From contig NW_026250462.1 of NCBI RefSeq assembly GCF_024521635.1, positions 1 to 52,487 on the forward strand: DNA of 52,487 nt, in the 5' to 3' direction. Source of the DNA: Tricharina praecox. Lineage: Eukaryota. Both the position numbers and the translations under genes were made by a program. A model generated the notes under the pieces. It ran no database searches and had not been told where the DNA came from. It saw nothing but the letters and a program-made list of their open reading frames with translations. This document shows positions 1-11,344 of the stretch, piece by piece. Numbering within the stretch: position 1 is the stretch's first letter; every line of letters begins with the position of its first letter.

Positions 1-1298
1 CTCATCCGCATCAAGGAAGGTAACAAATGAAAGACAGCTTTCCGCTGTCGATACGGACTATTCGAGTTTCTGGTCATGCCGTTTGGGCTGACCAACGCTC
101 CAGCGAGGTTTCAGAACATGATTAACCACATATTTCGGGATATACTGGACCTGGGACTGGCCGCGTACATCGATGACCTCCTCATCTATGCGAAGACGCA
201 GGAGGTGCATGACTAGATAGTCATCGAGGTACTAAAGAGGTTGGAAGAAAATAAGTTGGCAATCTCACCAGAGAAGTGTGTCTGGTCGACAGGGAGAGTC
301 ACGTTCCTAGGATACGTGATATCCCAAGATAGAATCGAGATGGCTAAGGACAAGGTGGAATCTGTACTCTCGTGGGAGGCGCCGCGGTCCCTCAAGGAAG
401 TACAAGCCTTTCTTGGGTTCGCCAATTTTTACGGGCGCTTCATCAAGGATTTCTCAAAGATCACGAGACCCTTGACCGAGAGCACAAAAGAAAAAGGCAA
501 ACATTGTAGATGGACAAGGGAGATGGAACTGGCCTTCGAAGAACTGAAGTCCAGGTTCACCACGGCACCGATTCTCGGGCTCTTCAACCCAGAATTACCT
601 GTGGTGGTGGAATCCGACGCTTCGGACTTCGCGTTGGGCGCGGTCCTGTCTCAAAGGGCAGAGGATGGGAAGTTACACCTGGTTGCATTCCACTCAAGAA
701 AGTTTACCCCAGCCGAAATAAATTTCGAGATTTACGATAAGGAACTACTCGCGATAGTAGACTCTTTCAAACGCTGGCGGCAATACCTTGAGCGAGCAAA
801 ACACCAGATCCAGGCGTACAGCGACCACCAGAACCTTGAGTAATTCACAACCACGAAGGTACTCAATCAACGGCAAGCAAGATGGGCACAAGAACTGACT
901 GGCATCGACTTCGAAATATACTACCGGCCCGGCAGCCAGAACGGCAAGCCGGACGCATTATCGAGGCGAGCGGAGTACCGCCCTGAAAAAGGCGGGGGTA
1001 AAGATCAGCCGATTACCACGATCCTGCATAAATCACACTTCGCAGACGGCGATTTAAGAGTAGTATCAATCAGCACCGGAGGCGAGAGCACCGTGTTCTT
1101 GGTTTCGTCAACCCGGCTATAAACAATCCCCATATCAAAGTGGAATGAAGAATTTCTGGGTTGGGCCACGAAGGCAGGAAAGGAAGATACTGGGTATCAG
1201 GAGGCTCTGAGTAGCATCATGGACACTAACAGGGACGCGGGTCAGAAGGACACTGAGCCGGAGGGCCGAAAGGCCTGAAAACTGGCCGTCAAGAGTAG
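1..1298 (+). mobile_element. Ty3/Gypsy copy A, degenerate pol fragment (RT, RNase H), cut by window start and by insertion of copy B
   Basis: [37 protein letters not shown] motifs; in-frame stops (e.g. 213-215, 841-843); colinear with copy D pol up to 1298. Confidence 0.95.
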
Positions 1299-1918
1299 TG
1301 TGAGACTGTAACGAGTTTGTGTCGTCGGAGTCTATGGCATTATCGAGTGTAGAATAAAAGTCAGGGATTTCGATAATTAACAACGGAATAATCTGAAGGG
1401 TGTTTCTTCGATGGTTTGTTCGGTGTAATGATTTGTGTTTTTGGTTCGGTTGCCCGCTTGGTTCGACTTATAGCCGTCCCGATCCTCAGCAGGTGATTCC
1501 TCTAGAGTGCGGCCTAACGTAGCTCCGTTGCTTCCCTTGGATAGGAATTCCGTGGCCTAGCCCTGAGTCGTCGTCAGCTCTCTTCGGATAGTCTTCTTGA
1601 CTAGGCAGGTGGTAAACACCACGCGCCCAAGATAGATCGGAGTTTCCGAGCATTTATCTTCCTCATGCGCCGGCAGAGTTCTTCGCTCGGAGTTCTCTGC
1701 CCCCGTAGGTCGATGTTCGATTCTCTCGTCATAACAGTTTTTCCCTGGATCGGAGTTCCTACTGCGAGGCCCCATGAACGGAGATCTCAAAGTCCTCTGG
1801 ACTGTTATCCCAATCACCCGCATCTGCGATGACTGTCTAGACTCTGGTATCCGTTTGCTTCCTCCTTCCTATCTTGTCCTTGATCGCTTCTAACCATCCT
1901 TCCGGCTCGTAACTCTAT

Positions 1919-2324
1919 TGTAATAAAGTACACTGGGAAAGTACTATACCACTTGACCAAAAGGTATTTTGATGACTGGCCATCATCCCAGTAGCTACTT
2001 AAGGTCAGGATTTCTGAACTATGACAGTATCCCCTCTTTAGGGGCTTACTACAGCAAGCCTTCAAGTAGTCAACCCCCAATGAGTGATATTTCATGATAC
2101 GAATCATAAACCATCACTCACTGTAAGCCATGCAATTCCTGAATAACGCTGCAGCAGAGGAATGTAACTGCTCGCAGTGAGAATTGAACTCATGACCTTG
2201 GCAGCCATCAAACAGTAATAAAGTACACTGGGAAAGTACTATACCACTTGACCAAAAGGTATTTTGATGGCTGAGGGCCCTCATCCCAGTGGCTGCCTAA
2301 GGCCAGGGTTGCTGAACTGTGACA
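1919..2324 (-). mobile_element. TRIM-like miniature non-autonomous LTR retrotransposon (406 bp)
   Basis: Direct repeats 1919-2026 and 2214-2324 (TG...CA; one terminal base mutated at 2214), perfect TSD TCTAT at 1914-1918/2325-2329, PPT AAAGAGGGGATAC (minus, 2027-2039), 187-bp non-coding interior. Confidence 0.93.
2169..2254 (-). promoter_or_regulatory. Putative split Pol III promoter: A box TGGTCAAGTGGTA (2254-2242) plus tRNA 3'-half with B box (2202-2169)
   Basis: Minus strand GCCAAGGTCATGAGTTCAATTCTCACTGCGAGCA has variable loop, T-arm (TGAG-TTCAATT-CTCA), 7-nt acceptor strand and discriminator A; resembles 3' half of eukaryotic tRNA-Ile(UAU). Confidence 0.6.
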
Positions 2325-2350
2325 TCTATTCCAATCACCCGGACTATCTA

Positions 2351-3705
2351 CATTGCTCTCGCCTCCGGTGCTGATTGTTAAAATTATCGAATCGCCGCCT
2401 TCAAAGTGTGATTTATGCAGGATTGTTGTAATCGGCTGATCTTCACCCCCCCCTTTTTCAGGGCGGTACTCCGGGCGCCTGGATAATGCGTCATGCTTGC
2501 CGTTCTGGCTGCCGGGCCAGTAGTAGATTTTGAAGTCGATGCCAGCGACCTCTTGTGCCCATCTGGCCTGCCGTCGATTGAGTACTTTCGTAGTTGTGAA
2601 GTACGCAAGGTTCTGGTGGTCGCTGTACACCTGGATCTGATGTTTTGCTCCCTCGAGGTATTGCCGCCAGCGTTTGAGAGCCTACTATCCCGAGCAGTTC
2701 CATATCGTGAATCTCGAAGTTGATTTCAGCTGGGGTAAACTTTCTTGAGTGGAATGCAACCAGGTGTAACTTCCCATCCGCTGCCCTTTGAGACAGGAAC
2801 GCGCTCAACGCAAAGTCCGAAGCGTCGGATTGCACCACGGCAGGTAATTCTGAATTGAAGAGCCTGAGAATCGATGCCGCGGTGAACCTGGACTTCAGCT
2901 CCTTGAAGGCCAGTTCCATCTCCCCTATCCATCTCCAATCTTTCCCTTTTTCTTTCGTGCTCCCGGTCAAGGGTCTCGTGATCTTTGAGAAATCCTTGAT
3001 GAAGCGCCTGTAGAAATTGGCGAACCCAAGAAAGGCTTGTACTTCCTTGAGGCACCGCGGCGCCTCCCACGAGAGCACAGATTTCACCTTGTCCTTAGCC
3101 ATCTCAATTCCATCTTGGGATATCACGCATTCTAGGAACGTGATGCACCGGGTACTGGTGACGCAGATTTTCTGTCCTTCATTCTTCCAGAACCCTGTCG
3201 GTTCACGCTTATCCATCCACCAATACGGGAGGTAGGCATCGCAGTCGTCTAAGGGAGCCACTTTGAAGGTTTCGTTGGTGTAGTGTCTCCGGTGTTGGAG
3301 GAGCATCGGCATTGTATAATATTCCCCGGCTCCTTCCACTATGGTTCCGTGGAAGTCCTTGATTTCTACCCGCTTGGGTCGTTGAATGAGGGGCAACCCA
3401 AGTTCTCGTGCCAGGCTTCGTTTGACGAGCGGAATGGCACATCCTGTGTCGAGGAGTACTCGGATCCGTCGTCGCTTGTGCTTGGACCAGAGGAGCATCA
3501 TTTCTATGATTGGTCGTGGTCCGCTGACAAGTTTTGGGGGCTCACAACCTGTGGCGCTCGGCTCGGTTGGACTCGTAGAAATCGGGTGGTCCGTCCGACT
3601 TCGCTTATCTCTGGATTGGCTATCGATATCCTGAGGCCGTGGTCTCTTCGTTCCGGAAATATATACACCTGGCTGCCCAATCTGCGGAGTGCTGGGGCCG
3701 TTCAA
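2351..3705 (-). pseudogene. Copy B pol remnant: aspartic protease fused by deletion to RT C-terminus/RNase H
   Basis: LLDTGCA protease motif; junction STRC|ITFL at ~3140 lacks RT core present in copy D; frameshift near 2680. Confidence 0.9.
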
Positions 3706-5361
3706 AAATCCTCTGGCTCGCTCTCATTCCTCTCCCAGAATGGAGGGGCCTCTGTCATTGCTACATCCACTACCATAACCGCCACAGCCTTGTGTTGATT
3801 GGACCTCAGTCGAGATGGTTCGGCATCCTGGGTGTCCCGCTTTCCCTTTGTCACGGACAACACCTTTGGACTCTCAGGTAGTCCGGTACCCGCGGCTGTT
3901 TTCCTGGCGTAGCATTGGAAGGTTCGGTGGCTGTCTTGTCCGCAATGCCAACAGTCGCACTTGGACGCTTTGTGCGCATCGGTCTCCTTCTGGTGAACCC
4001 ACACCAGAGCCTCTTTTACTACCGCGTAGATATCCCCTTCCCTTGTTTTCCCCTTCCTGGCCCTTGTTGCTTCCTTGGCCTTTCGGCCCTCCGGGGACTC
4101 CCCACTTTCCTTGCGGCCCCCGGGGTTTCTGCCCTTTCCTTGGCCCTGCCGGTCGTTGCCAGGTCTTTTCGGGTCGCCGCCGGAACCCTTGCTACCCGAT
4201 CCCCCTTTCCTCATTGCCCTTGCCTTTTTCAGTGCGCCCCGTCGTTCCACATGGTTCCCAGCCCTGAGCGCCGTTTCCAGGAAGTCTTCATCGTCTTTGT
4301 AGGGTTCGGTGTGCTGGTTAAAGCACATGTCGAGGATGTCGGTGGTCATCGCCTGGTTCACTATATCTTGTAGCGGTTTGCCGATGGCGCGAGCGACCAT
4401 GTTGAGCGATCAGAAGGAGGTAATATAAGCCTGAATGTCCCCTTTGTATTCGAGGGTCCACATCCTTCTTAATGCGTTCGCTCCTTGCTGCGTGTCACAG
4501 TACGCCTCCTTGAGTGCCTCTGGGTACGCCTGCCACGTATCTTCCAAGTGTAGCTGCCTCAAGCTTTTTCGACAGGCCTGGTGCCATTCTGCCGCTGTTG
4601 CTTCCAGTCGGGATCCCACCCACGCTATCTTCTGCTGCCCGTTTGTCCCTCGGTGGAACTCAAGATATTCTTCGACTGAGTCCCACCATGGACGGAAGGC
4701 TGTCCTCTGTTTGCCATCGAATGGCTTGGGCTCTTTCTTCTTAAGCTTGATGGCCCTCAGGTTCGATGCGGAGACAGCAGCAGCGATGATCCGAGCGAAG
4801 CGACTCTCCTCGTCTTCACCGTCTTCTCTTGATAGCGGGGCGTTTGGTGACGGGGCGGCAAACAACAAACAAGGGGATGCAATCGTCATCATCCGATGGT
4901 TCCTCATCCGAGGGATCACCTCCAAGCTTAGTCACCAGACATCTTGGGGGTGGAGGAGGAGGGGACATCCCTGCCCCTGCCGGAGTTTTCCTAGTTGCTG
5001 ATCTTTCTGCCCGCAATCCTCCTCTTGGGGTGGTGTTTACCCACTCTGGGGCCTTTTCGTTCGCCTTCCCTGTCCTTACCTCTACAGCCTTCAATTTTTT
5101 CTCCGCTGGAGCGATTTTTTCCAAGATTCGCTGTTGCTCTTTGTAGAGGTATTCCGCCTTCTCTTCCTGTTTCCCTGCCCAAATTTCCACGTTGCGGTTG
5201 TACACCGCTTGCTCCCTGCGGTGTTCGACTGGAGCGGTTTCGAGGGATACGATGGCGTCTTGTAGCCGAGCGTTTGCGACGCTTTGCAGCTCGCGGTTGT
5301 CTTCGTCCTTCTCGTTACATTGTCGAATGACTGCCCATACGTCGCTACTTAGGGCCTGCGT
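3702..5361 (-). pseudogene. Copy B gag (frameshifted, 5' truncated), CCHC zinc knuckle
   Basis: CWHCGQDSHRTFQC knuckle; ORF pieces 3702-4400, 4410-4925, 4816-5205 match gag of D and F. Confidence 0.9.
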
Positions 5362-6190
5362 GTTTCCCCATGTGGTTTTCTGAAACTCACGCAGGTAGTA
5401 GGATGAAGGGGATGCAGGGCTTCATCCACAGTTATCAAGTCAGGATAAAGGCAAGGACTTGGGCGCTGCGGGCCGAAGGCTCGTGGGAGGATAGATGGTG
5501 TGACACCCCGGTAGGTATCGGAGGACACGACGGTCGTAAGAGATGTGATCAGATAGTTTGGGTGATTAGAATAGAGTTGCGAGCCGAAGGCATAGTTAGA
5601 AGCGATCAAGGACAAGATAGGAAGGAGGAAGCCAACAGATTCCAGAGTCTAGACAGTGATCGGAGATGCGGGTGATTGGGATAACAGTCCAGAGGGCTTT
5701 GAGATCACAGATCATGGGGCCCCGCAGTAGGAACTCCGATCAAGGGAAAAACTGTTATGACGAGAGAATCGAACATTGACCTATGGGGGCAGACAACTTC
5801 GAGGGAAGAACTCTGCCGGCGCATGAGGAAGATAATTGCTTGGAAACTCCGATCTGTCTTGGGCGCGTGGTGTTTACCACCTGCCTAGTCAAGAAGACTA
5901 TCCGAAGAGAGCTGACGGCGACTCAAGGCTAGGCCGCGGGGAACTCCGATGCAAAGTAAGCAAAGGAGCCGCATCAGGCCGCACTGTAGAGGAATGACGT
6001 GCCGAGGATCGGGATGACTATAAGTGTCAAATCGAACGTGCAACCAAACCGAACACAATCATCGCACCAAACAACCATTGAAGAAACACTGTTAAGATTA
6101 TTCCGTTGTGAATCATCGAAATTCCTGAGTTTTATTCTATACCCAATAATACCATACACTCTGACGTCCCGAACTGGTTCCAGTGTCACA
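5362..6190 (+). mobile_element. 3' UTR, PPT and 3' LTR (5499-6190) probably of copy A
   Basis: Matches reverse complement of copy D 3' UTR; PPT GGGAGGATAGATGG before TGTGACACC at 5499; LTR ends GTCACA at 6190. Confidence 0.9.
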
Positions 6191-7082
6191 TGTTCGCATG
6201 CGGCATACATCTGGCGTAGGCGGCGCTGCGCAAGCTGGTATTGTTACAGTATCATTTTTAACCCGGCAGGGGTGTTTGCAATCTCAATCTTTGCACCGGC
6301 CGTGTGCCTGGTGGAGAGTGCCACGCCTGGCGTGTGTGGGTATACAAGGTGAACCATGTCAACGTTGGAGGATGACATGGTGGTTTCTCGTTGCGAAATT
6401 GGTACCTTATAACTGTTAAGATTATAGTGTCTGACTGGAATGGTTTCGAGACGTTGGAGTCTTTGATAGATATAGAGTATAAAATAACAGTCAGGGATTT
6501 TGATAATTCACAGCGGAATAGTCTTGAGGGGTATTGCCGGTAGTGTTCGGTGTTCTGCTTGTGCTGGTGGTGGGATTTCCCTGACGACGGTTGAGTGGCC
6601 ATCTAGTCTACCCATACACCTTAACACGTGATCGGAAAATTCTGTAGTGGGAAACTCGGTTTCAAACGCCCTTTGAGCTGTGCTCTCGCGTAAGCGCTAC
6701 GTGGTGTCACCCACTGAGCCTAGGCCGTAGACTTGTCGTAAACTGTCCGGGGATAGCCGTTTGAACTACGCAAAAAGTGTTTACCATTTCCACCGGAGTG
6801 TAGCTCAGAGTAAGCAGTACATATTTTCATGCTGGCACTGAGAAACGGCCCAGTTTTGAATGCTTTCATTTGTGGATACATTGGTGATTGCACCTTAAAA
6901 CAGGTTCCATCAACAGCGTGCTTTTATACAGGGTTCCATAATACACTGCCTCAGACCGTCTCGGCGCTTGCTCACTCCTGCTCAACTTGTCTCTGTGCTA
7001 TTACTATCTATCCCTGTGTTCCAATCCCTTCTGAATGAACCGCTCTTGCTGTGACTACCCGAGATTCTATCAGGGTGGGACA
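6191..7082 (-). mobile_element. Older related Gypsy copy C: 5' LTR (~6428-7082) and gag N-terminus (ATG 6378)
   Basis: MSSSNVDMVHL...YQLAQRRLRQMYAACEH aligns with gag start of F (MSSSNLDMLRL...YQTAQRDLRQLYQACDQ); same CTATAATCTTAA post-LTR motif; LTR ends resemble family termini. Confidence 0.75.
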
Positions 7083-7635
7083 CTACCTCCCGTGCTATCC
7101 AATTCCTGTTCTGGTTCTTTCTTGGCCATTCTGTCCTGAGCCGTGACAGGTACTGCGGGTAGTGTGAGACCGACGACCAGATACAAGAAATGTAGGAAGT
7201 GATTCACTTGGTAAGAAAAGAAAAGAGTGCCATCTTTGAACTTTTGGTAAATACTGTGGTGTTGAACTAACGAGGACCGACCATCACAACAGAAATGCAG
7301 CAACAGAAAACATTTTAACATTCAACGTCCACGTCGGCTCTCCGCTTCATAACACTTGGTCCCACCGGGTCCCAGCAAAGTCTCTCTCCCCGAATTCAAG
7401 GTCGCACTCAGGTCCCACCGGGGTCTCTTCTCTTCGGCGCTCAGCGATGACGTCAAGCCGCATCCACTCCGCGTCCCTCAATACGAGCATGTAACACCAT
7501 CCTGCCGATGGTCCATTCCGGATCTATTTCTCTCTTCTCCGTTGCACCTCTTTTGCCCTCTTCATTGCACCTCTTTCACCCTCTTCTCCTTCCAGCTCCG
7601 ATGCAGGCCATTGCCACATCTTTACCACGCTGCCT

Positions 7636-10600
7636 ATGTCATCTCTAGCTTTCACCGTTCCTTGGTGGCATCATACACCCCTCCACCTGCAAGCAACGAC
7701 GGCCACCCAACTTTCGCAGCCTAGACGCCGCCCTACTTCTGATGCGTGCCCACACTCAATCACAGGCAACCGACTGTTGTTTGAATGGAGGAAGCTGTCC
7801 CAACCCAGGTCTGCTCCGTGTCCGGCAGACGAAGATACCCGGTTCGATCAGGGAGGCGGAGCAACAAGCCTCTGACATCGCTGCAAGCCTCTGTACGCAT
7901 TTCGGGGTGGCGTGGGTTGCATGGCTGGTTCTGGAATGCTGCGCATTGCGGCTCCGGAGTTACAGCCGTCCCTACTCCGCCGTATGGCTAACCGTCAGCC
8001 TGCCGAAAATCTTCACAGAACTGCCCAATGGGCTCGTCCATGGCCATCCAACACCCCAGTACGTACTGGTACTGCCCGCTTCAGCTGCACGTCAGCTTGA
8101 CGTGAACTACTTTGCATTAACGTAAGCCACCTTAGAAGTGACTGCACGTACACTGCGCGCGATTCCGAAGGCTCAGCTGAAACGAATGAGCGGGGCTGTG
8201 AATGCAGCCTGGTCGGAATATGCATCATCGTACACAAATAAGTACCATACAGAGTGTGAATACCGGTATCACTTCAACTATTATTCAAAAGTCCGTTCCC
8301 AGCGCCCCTTCAAACAAACCCCCGTGGAGATTCCATCACATGATTCGATAGCGAGCTTGCAGCCCCAGGTAATAGTATCATATCCCCAGCCCCAAAATGC
8401 GGCTAACCGTAATAGACCTGCATGCTATGGACCCAACTCTGCCACACGTCACCCTCGCACATCACCCTACAGCTAAGTTAGATAACGCCCGAAACTGCTC
8501 GACAATCTTCCTTCGGTACCCCAAACCGCAACCCTCCAGCTTTGTTAGGCTCGATGCGTTAACAGTCGCCATTCATCATGACGTCGCATTACCGATCCGG
8601 GAACAGGCAGGTAAACTTTCGTGGAGGCTCAGGCGCTTTCGAGATCCTCGCTGTTTGGCCGGCTGACGATGACTTACCTACACAGCGGTCGAGTGAGCGG
8701 CACAACTCTACCATCGGGCCAGGTGCCCAACAGACTTACTTCAACGACGCAAGAGACAGCGGCAACACGAACGGCAGCTGGAATACGACAATCCGCAACA
8801 ACACGGAAAACTTTAGTAACAGAGTGAACAATTTCCGATCAGAAGGGCTGACGGTCGTTGGTTTGCGGCTAACTCGTACTCCTGAGCTGCCACATCGTGC
8901 AGGGCAACCGTTCGACTGACAGTCCGGCCCGCACCCGTTCAGGAAACGCCACAACGGTTGACTACACTCCACTGAACAAATCCACAGAGAAGGGTGGTAA
9001 GTAACATCCAAACGCTGACCTCCCTAAAACACTCTTACAAGGGCTAATCGGGTAATCTATGTACCAGTTTCCGGACCCCTCTTCAAGCCACCCTTGTGGG
9101 CGAATCCGGGCTTCGTCAGGAGAATGGATGCCCTAGGCCAACTCAGATGGCTATTAAACAGGGGAGGGCAACGACGGGCTGCATTATACGGGCTGGGAGG
9201 TGTTGGGTAAGGTCCCATTTCCAGAGACTCGGAGGTGCCAGCATGGGTGGCCCTGCATGCATGTCTGTCGATGTATGTTGTCAGATGGCAATCTAACTCG
9301 AGCAAAGGAAAACTACGATTGCGGTCGACTTCTGCCACCAGAGAAAGAAATTACAGCCTGACGACCACATCTTCTGGGTGCACTGCGACTCACATGAGGC
9401 CTTCAAGCACGGCTATCTGGAGATTGGGTGTCAAGCCGACATCTTAGGTGATCCGGGCGCCACTCGCGGTGAAAGCGGGTTAATGGGCGTCAAGAATTGG
9501 CTGGACAATCCTGCCAGCGGCAACTGGACCATGGTCATTGACAACTTCGACGAGGTCGACTCCTACCCGACGAGGTACCTTCCCGTCGACCGAGGCGCGA
9601 TCCTGTTTACAACTCGCGACGGAACCCTCGTCGGAAATCCTGCTGGGTATGTGCCCACTGGCGCTGGTGTCGACGTCAACGAGATGAGCGGCAGTGAAGC
9701 AATGGAGATGTTATCGAAACTGCTGGGCCTCGTTGGAACCGATGCTTCACTCTACTCTTCGGCTGCTTTCAAGCACATAAATATCTTACAGAAGCTCCCT
9801 CTGGCGATAGCGCAAGCGGCTGCGTGCATCCGAGCAACCCGAATGACCATCCCAGACTACCTGGAGTTGTTCCAGAGATGCGATCGCCACCAGCACGAGC
9901 TCCTGGAAGTATCCCGCGAAGAGCCCTTGGATCCTGCCGATCAAGGCTACGCCCGCCGGGCCTGCCCCCTCCCGGTGATGACGACTTGGAAGCTTACCAT
10001 CGACCGAATCCAGTGTAACAACCCTCGCTCCGTGCAGCTGCTCGAACTCATCAGCTTCCTCAGCCTCGACGACATACCGGTGAAACTACTGCGGGACACC
10101 CTGCACCTCCGTGACCAGAGCGACGTGCAGTTCCACATGGCCTTCGCCCCGCTTCTCAGTTTCTCGCTGATTCACCGCCTCGAATCGTCGAACTTTCGCA
10201 TGCACAGTCTCGTCGCTTTGTGCATCCGCAATCGAATCGCGTCGGACAACATCCAGCGGAGGGATTGGATTCTTGGTAGCCTCTATGGTCTATTGAGCGA
10301 TGGTTTCCCGCGGGGCATGCTAGGCAATCACATTCAGTATTTGCACCTGGCCACGCATGCGGCCGTCGCACTCGGGCATCAACAGAGCAGTCGCCATAGC
10401 TTCGGGTTCAACACGTTGCTACCGGATATGCTAGCCTTCTTTCTAATGAACATTGGGGATGCCGCGGGTTGCTTGCTATGGTATCAGCGGATACTAGACG
10501 GCGAAACAAAGGTCCTAGGAGCCGGCCACCTGAAGACTCCAGATACCGTCCACAACATCGCCGTCCTCTTCGAGATGTAAGGGGGTCATCGCACCGCCTT

Positions 10601-11344
10601 GGAGTGGTCCCAGCGAGCGCTCGCCAGGAAAGAGAAAGCGCTTGGGATGGACCACACCAACACACTGAACACCTTCGCCTGCATGGGGAACGCATTTGCG
10701 GGTTTAGGAGACAACCGCAGCGCCATGGAGTACTACCAGCGCGCCCTCTTCGGCTACGAGCGGACCCTTGGAAAAGCCCACCCAGTTACCCTCGAAACTG
10801 TGAACAAAATGGCACTTGCCGAAGCTGGCCAAGGGGAATACGGCAGCGCCCTGGTGTGGTACCAGTGTGCACTCGTCGGCAAAGCGAAGGCGCTCGAAAA
10901 AGACCACCCTATCACACTCAACACCGTCACGTGCATGGGTGCCGCTTTTGCGGGCTAGGAGACTACGGCAATGACAAGGAGTTCTACCAGCGCGCACTTG
11001 GCGGCTACGAGACGGCCCTCGGAAGAGACCACCCCGTGACTCTCAACATAGTCAACAACATGGCGCTTGCCGTTGCGCTCCGGGGAAACTATGCCGGCGC
11101 CCTGGCGCGGTACTAACGCGCACTTGACGGCAAGAAGACGATCTTTGGAAGAGACCACCCGAGGACTCTGGATACCGTCTACAACATGGCCAGCGTCTTT
11201 GCGAAGCAAGGCGCGTACGGCAAAGCTTTGCGGTCCTACCAGAGAACCATCGACGGCTACGAGGAGACTCTTGGGAAAGACCACGCCAAAACTATCAGCG
11301 CCGCTCAACAGGTGGATATCTACAGCCGGAGTATAAAACACTAG
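7636..11344 (+). pseudogene. Fungal NLR-like STAND gene (NB-ARC + TPR), disrupted; 5' boundary and N-terminal exons uncertain
   Basis: P-loop GLGGVG|KT split by intron 9207-9307; Walker B-like MVIDNFD; LPLAIAQAA; 42-aa TPR repeats; stops at 10578 and 11114, frameshift ~10950; terminal TAG 11342-11344. Confidence 0.88.
10470..11344 (+). repeat. ~7 tandem 126-bp TPR-coding repeats
   Basis: Recurring YQRAL.G.E..LG.DHP.TL.TV.NM units. Confidence 0.85.

Larger units (their letters stand above)
1299..2350 (-). repeat. 3' LTR of copy B (truncated, interrupted by mini LTR element at 1919-2324)
   Basis: Matches LTRs at 41032-41725 and 47716-48355; homology resumes after TSD at 2325 and stops at ~2350. 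Confidence 0.92.
1299..5361 (-). mobile_element. Ty3/Gypsy copy B, internally deleted, nested in copy A
   Basis: LTR starts TGTGAGAC at 1299 exactly where A pol breaks; gag and PR/RNase H remnants on minus strand; integrase, most of RT and 5' LTR missing. Confidence 0.92.

Noticed and set aside
2169..2202. Functional tRNA gene
   Set aside because: Only the 3' half; no complementary 5' acceptor strand or anticodon arm
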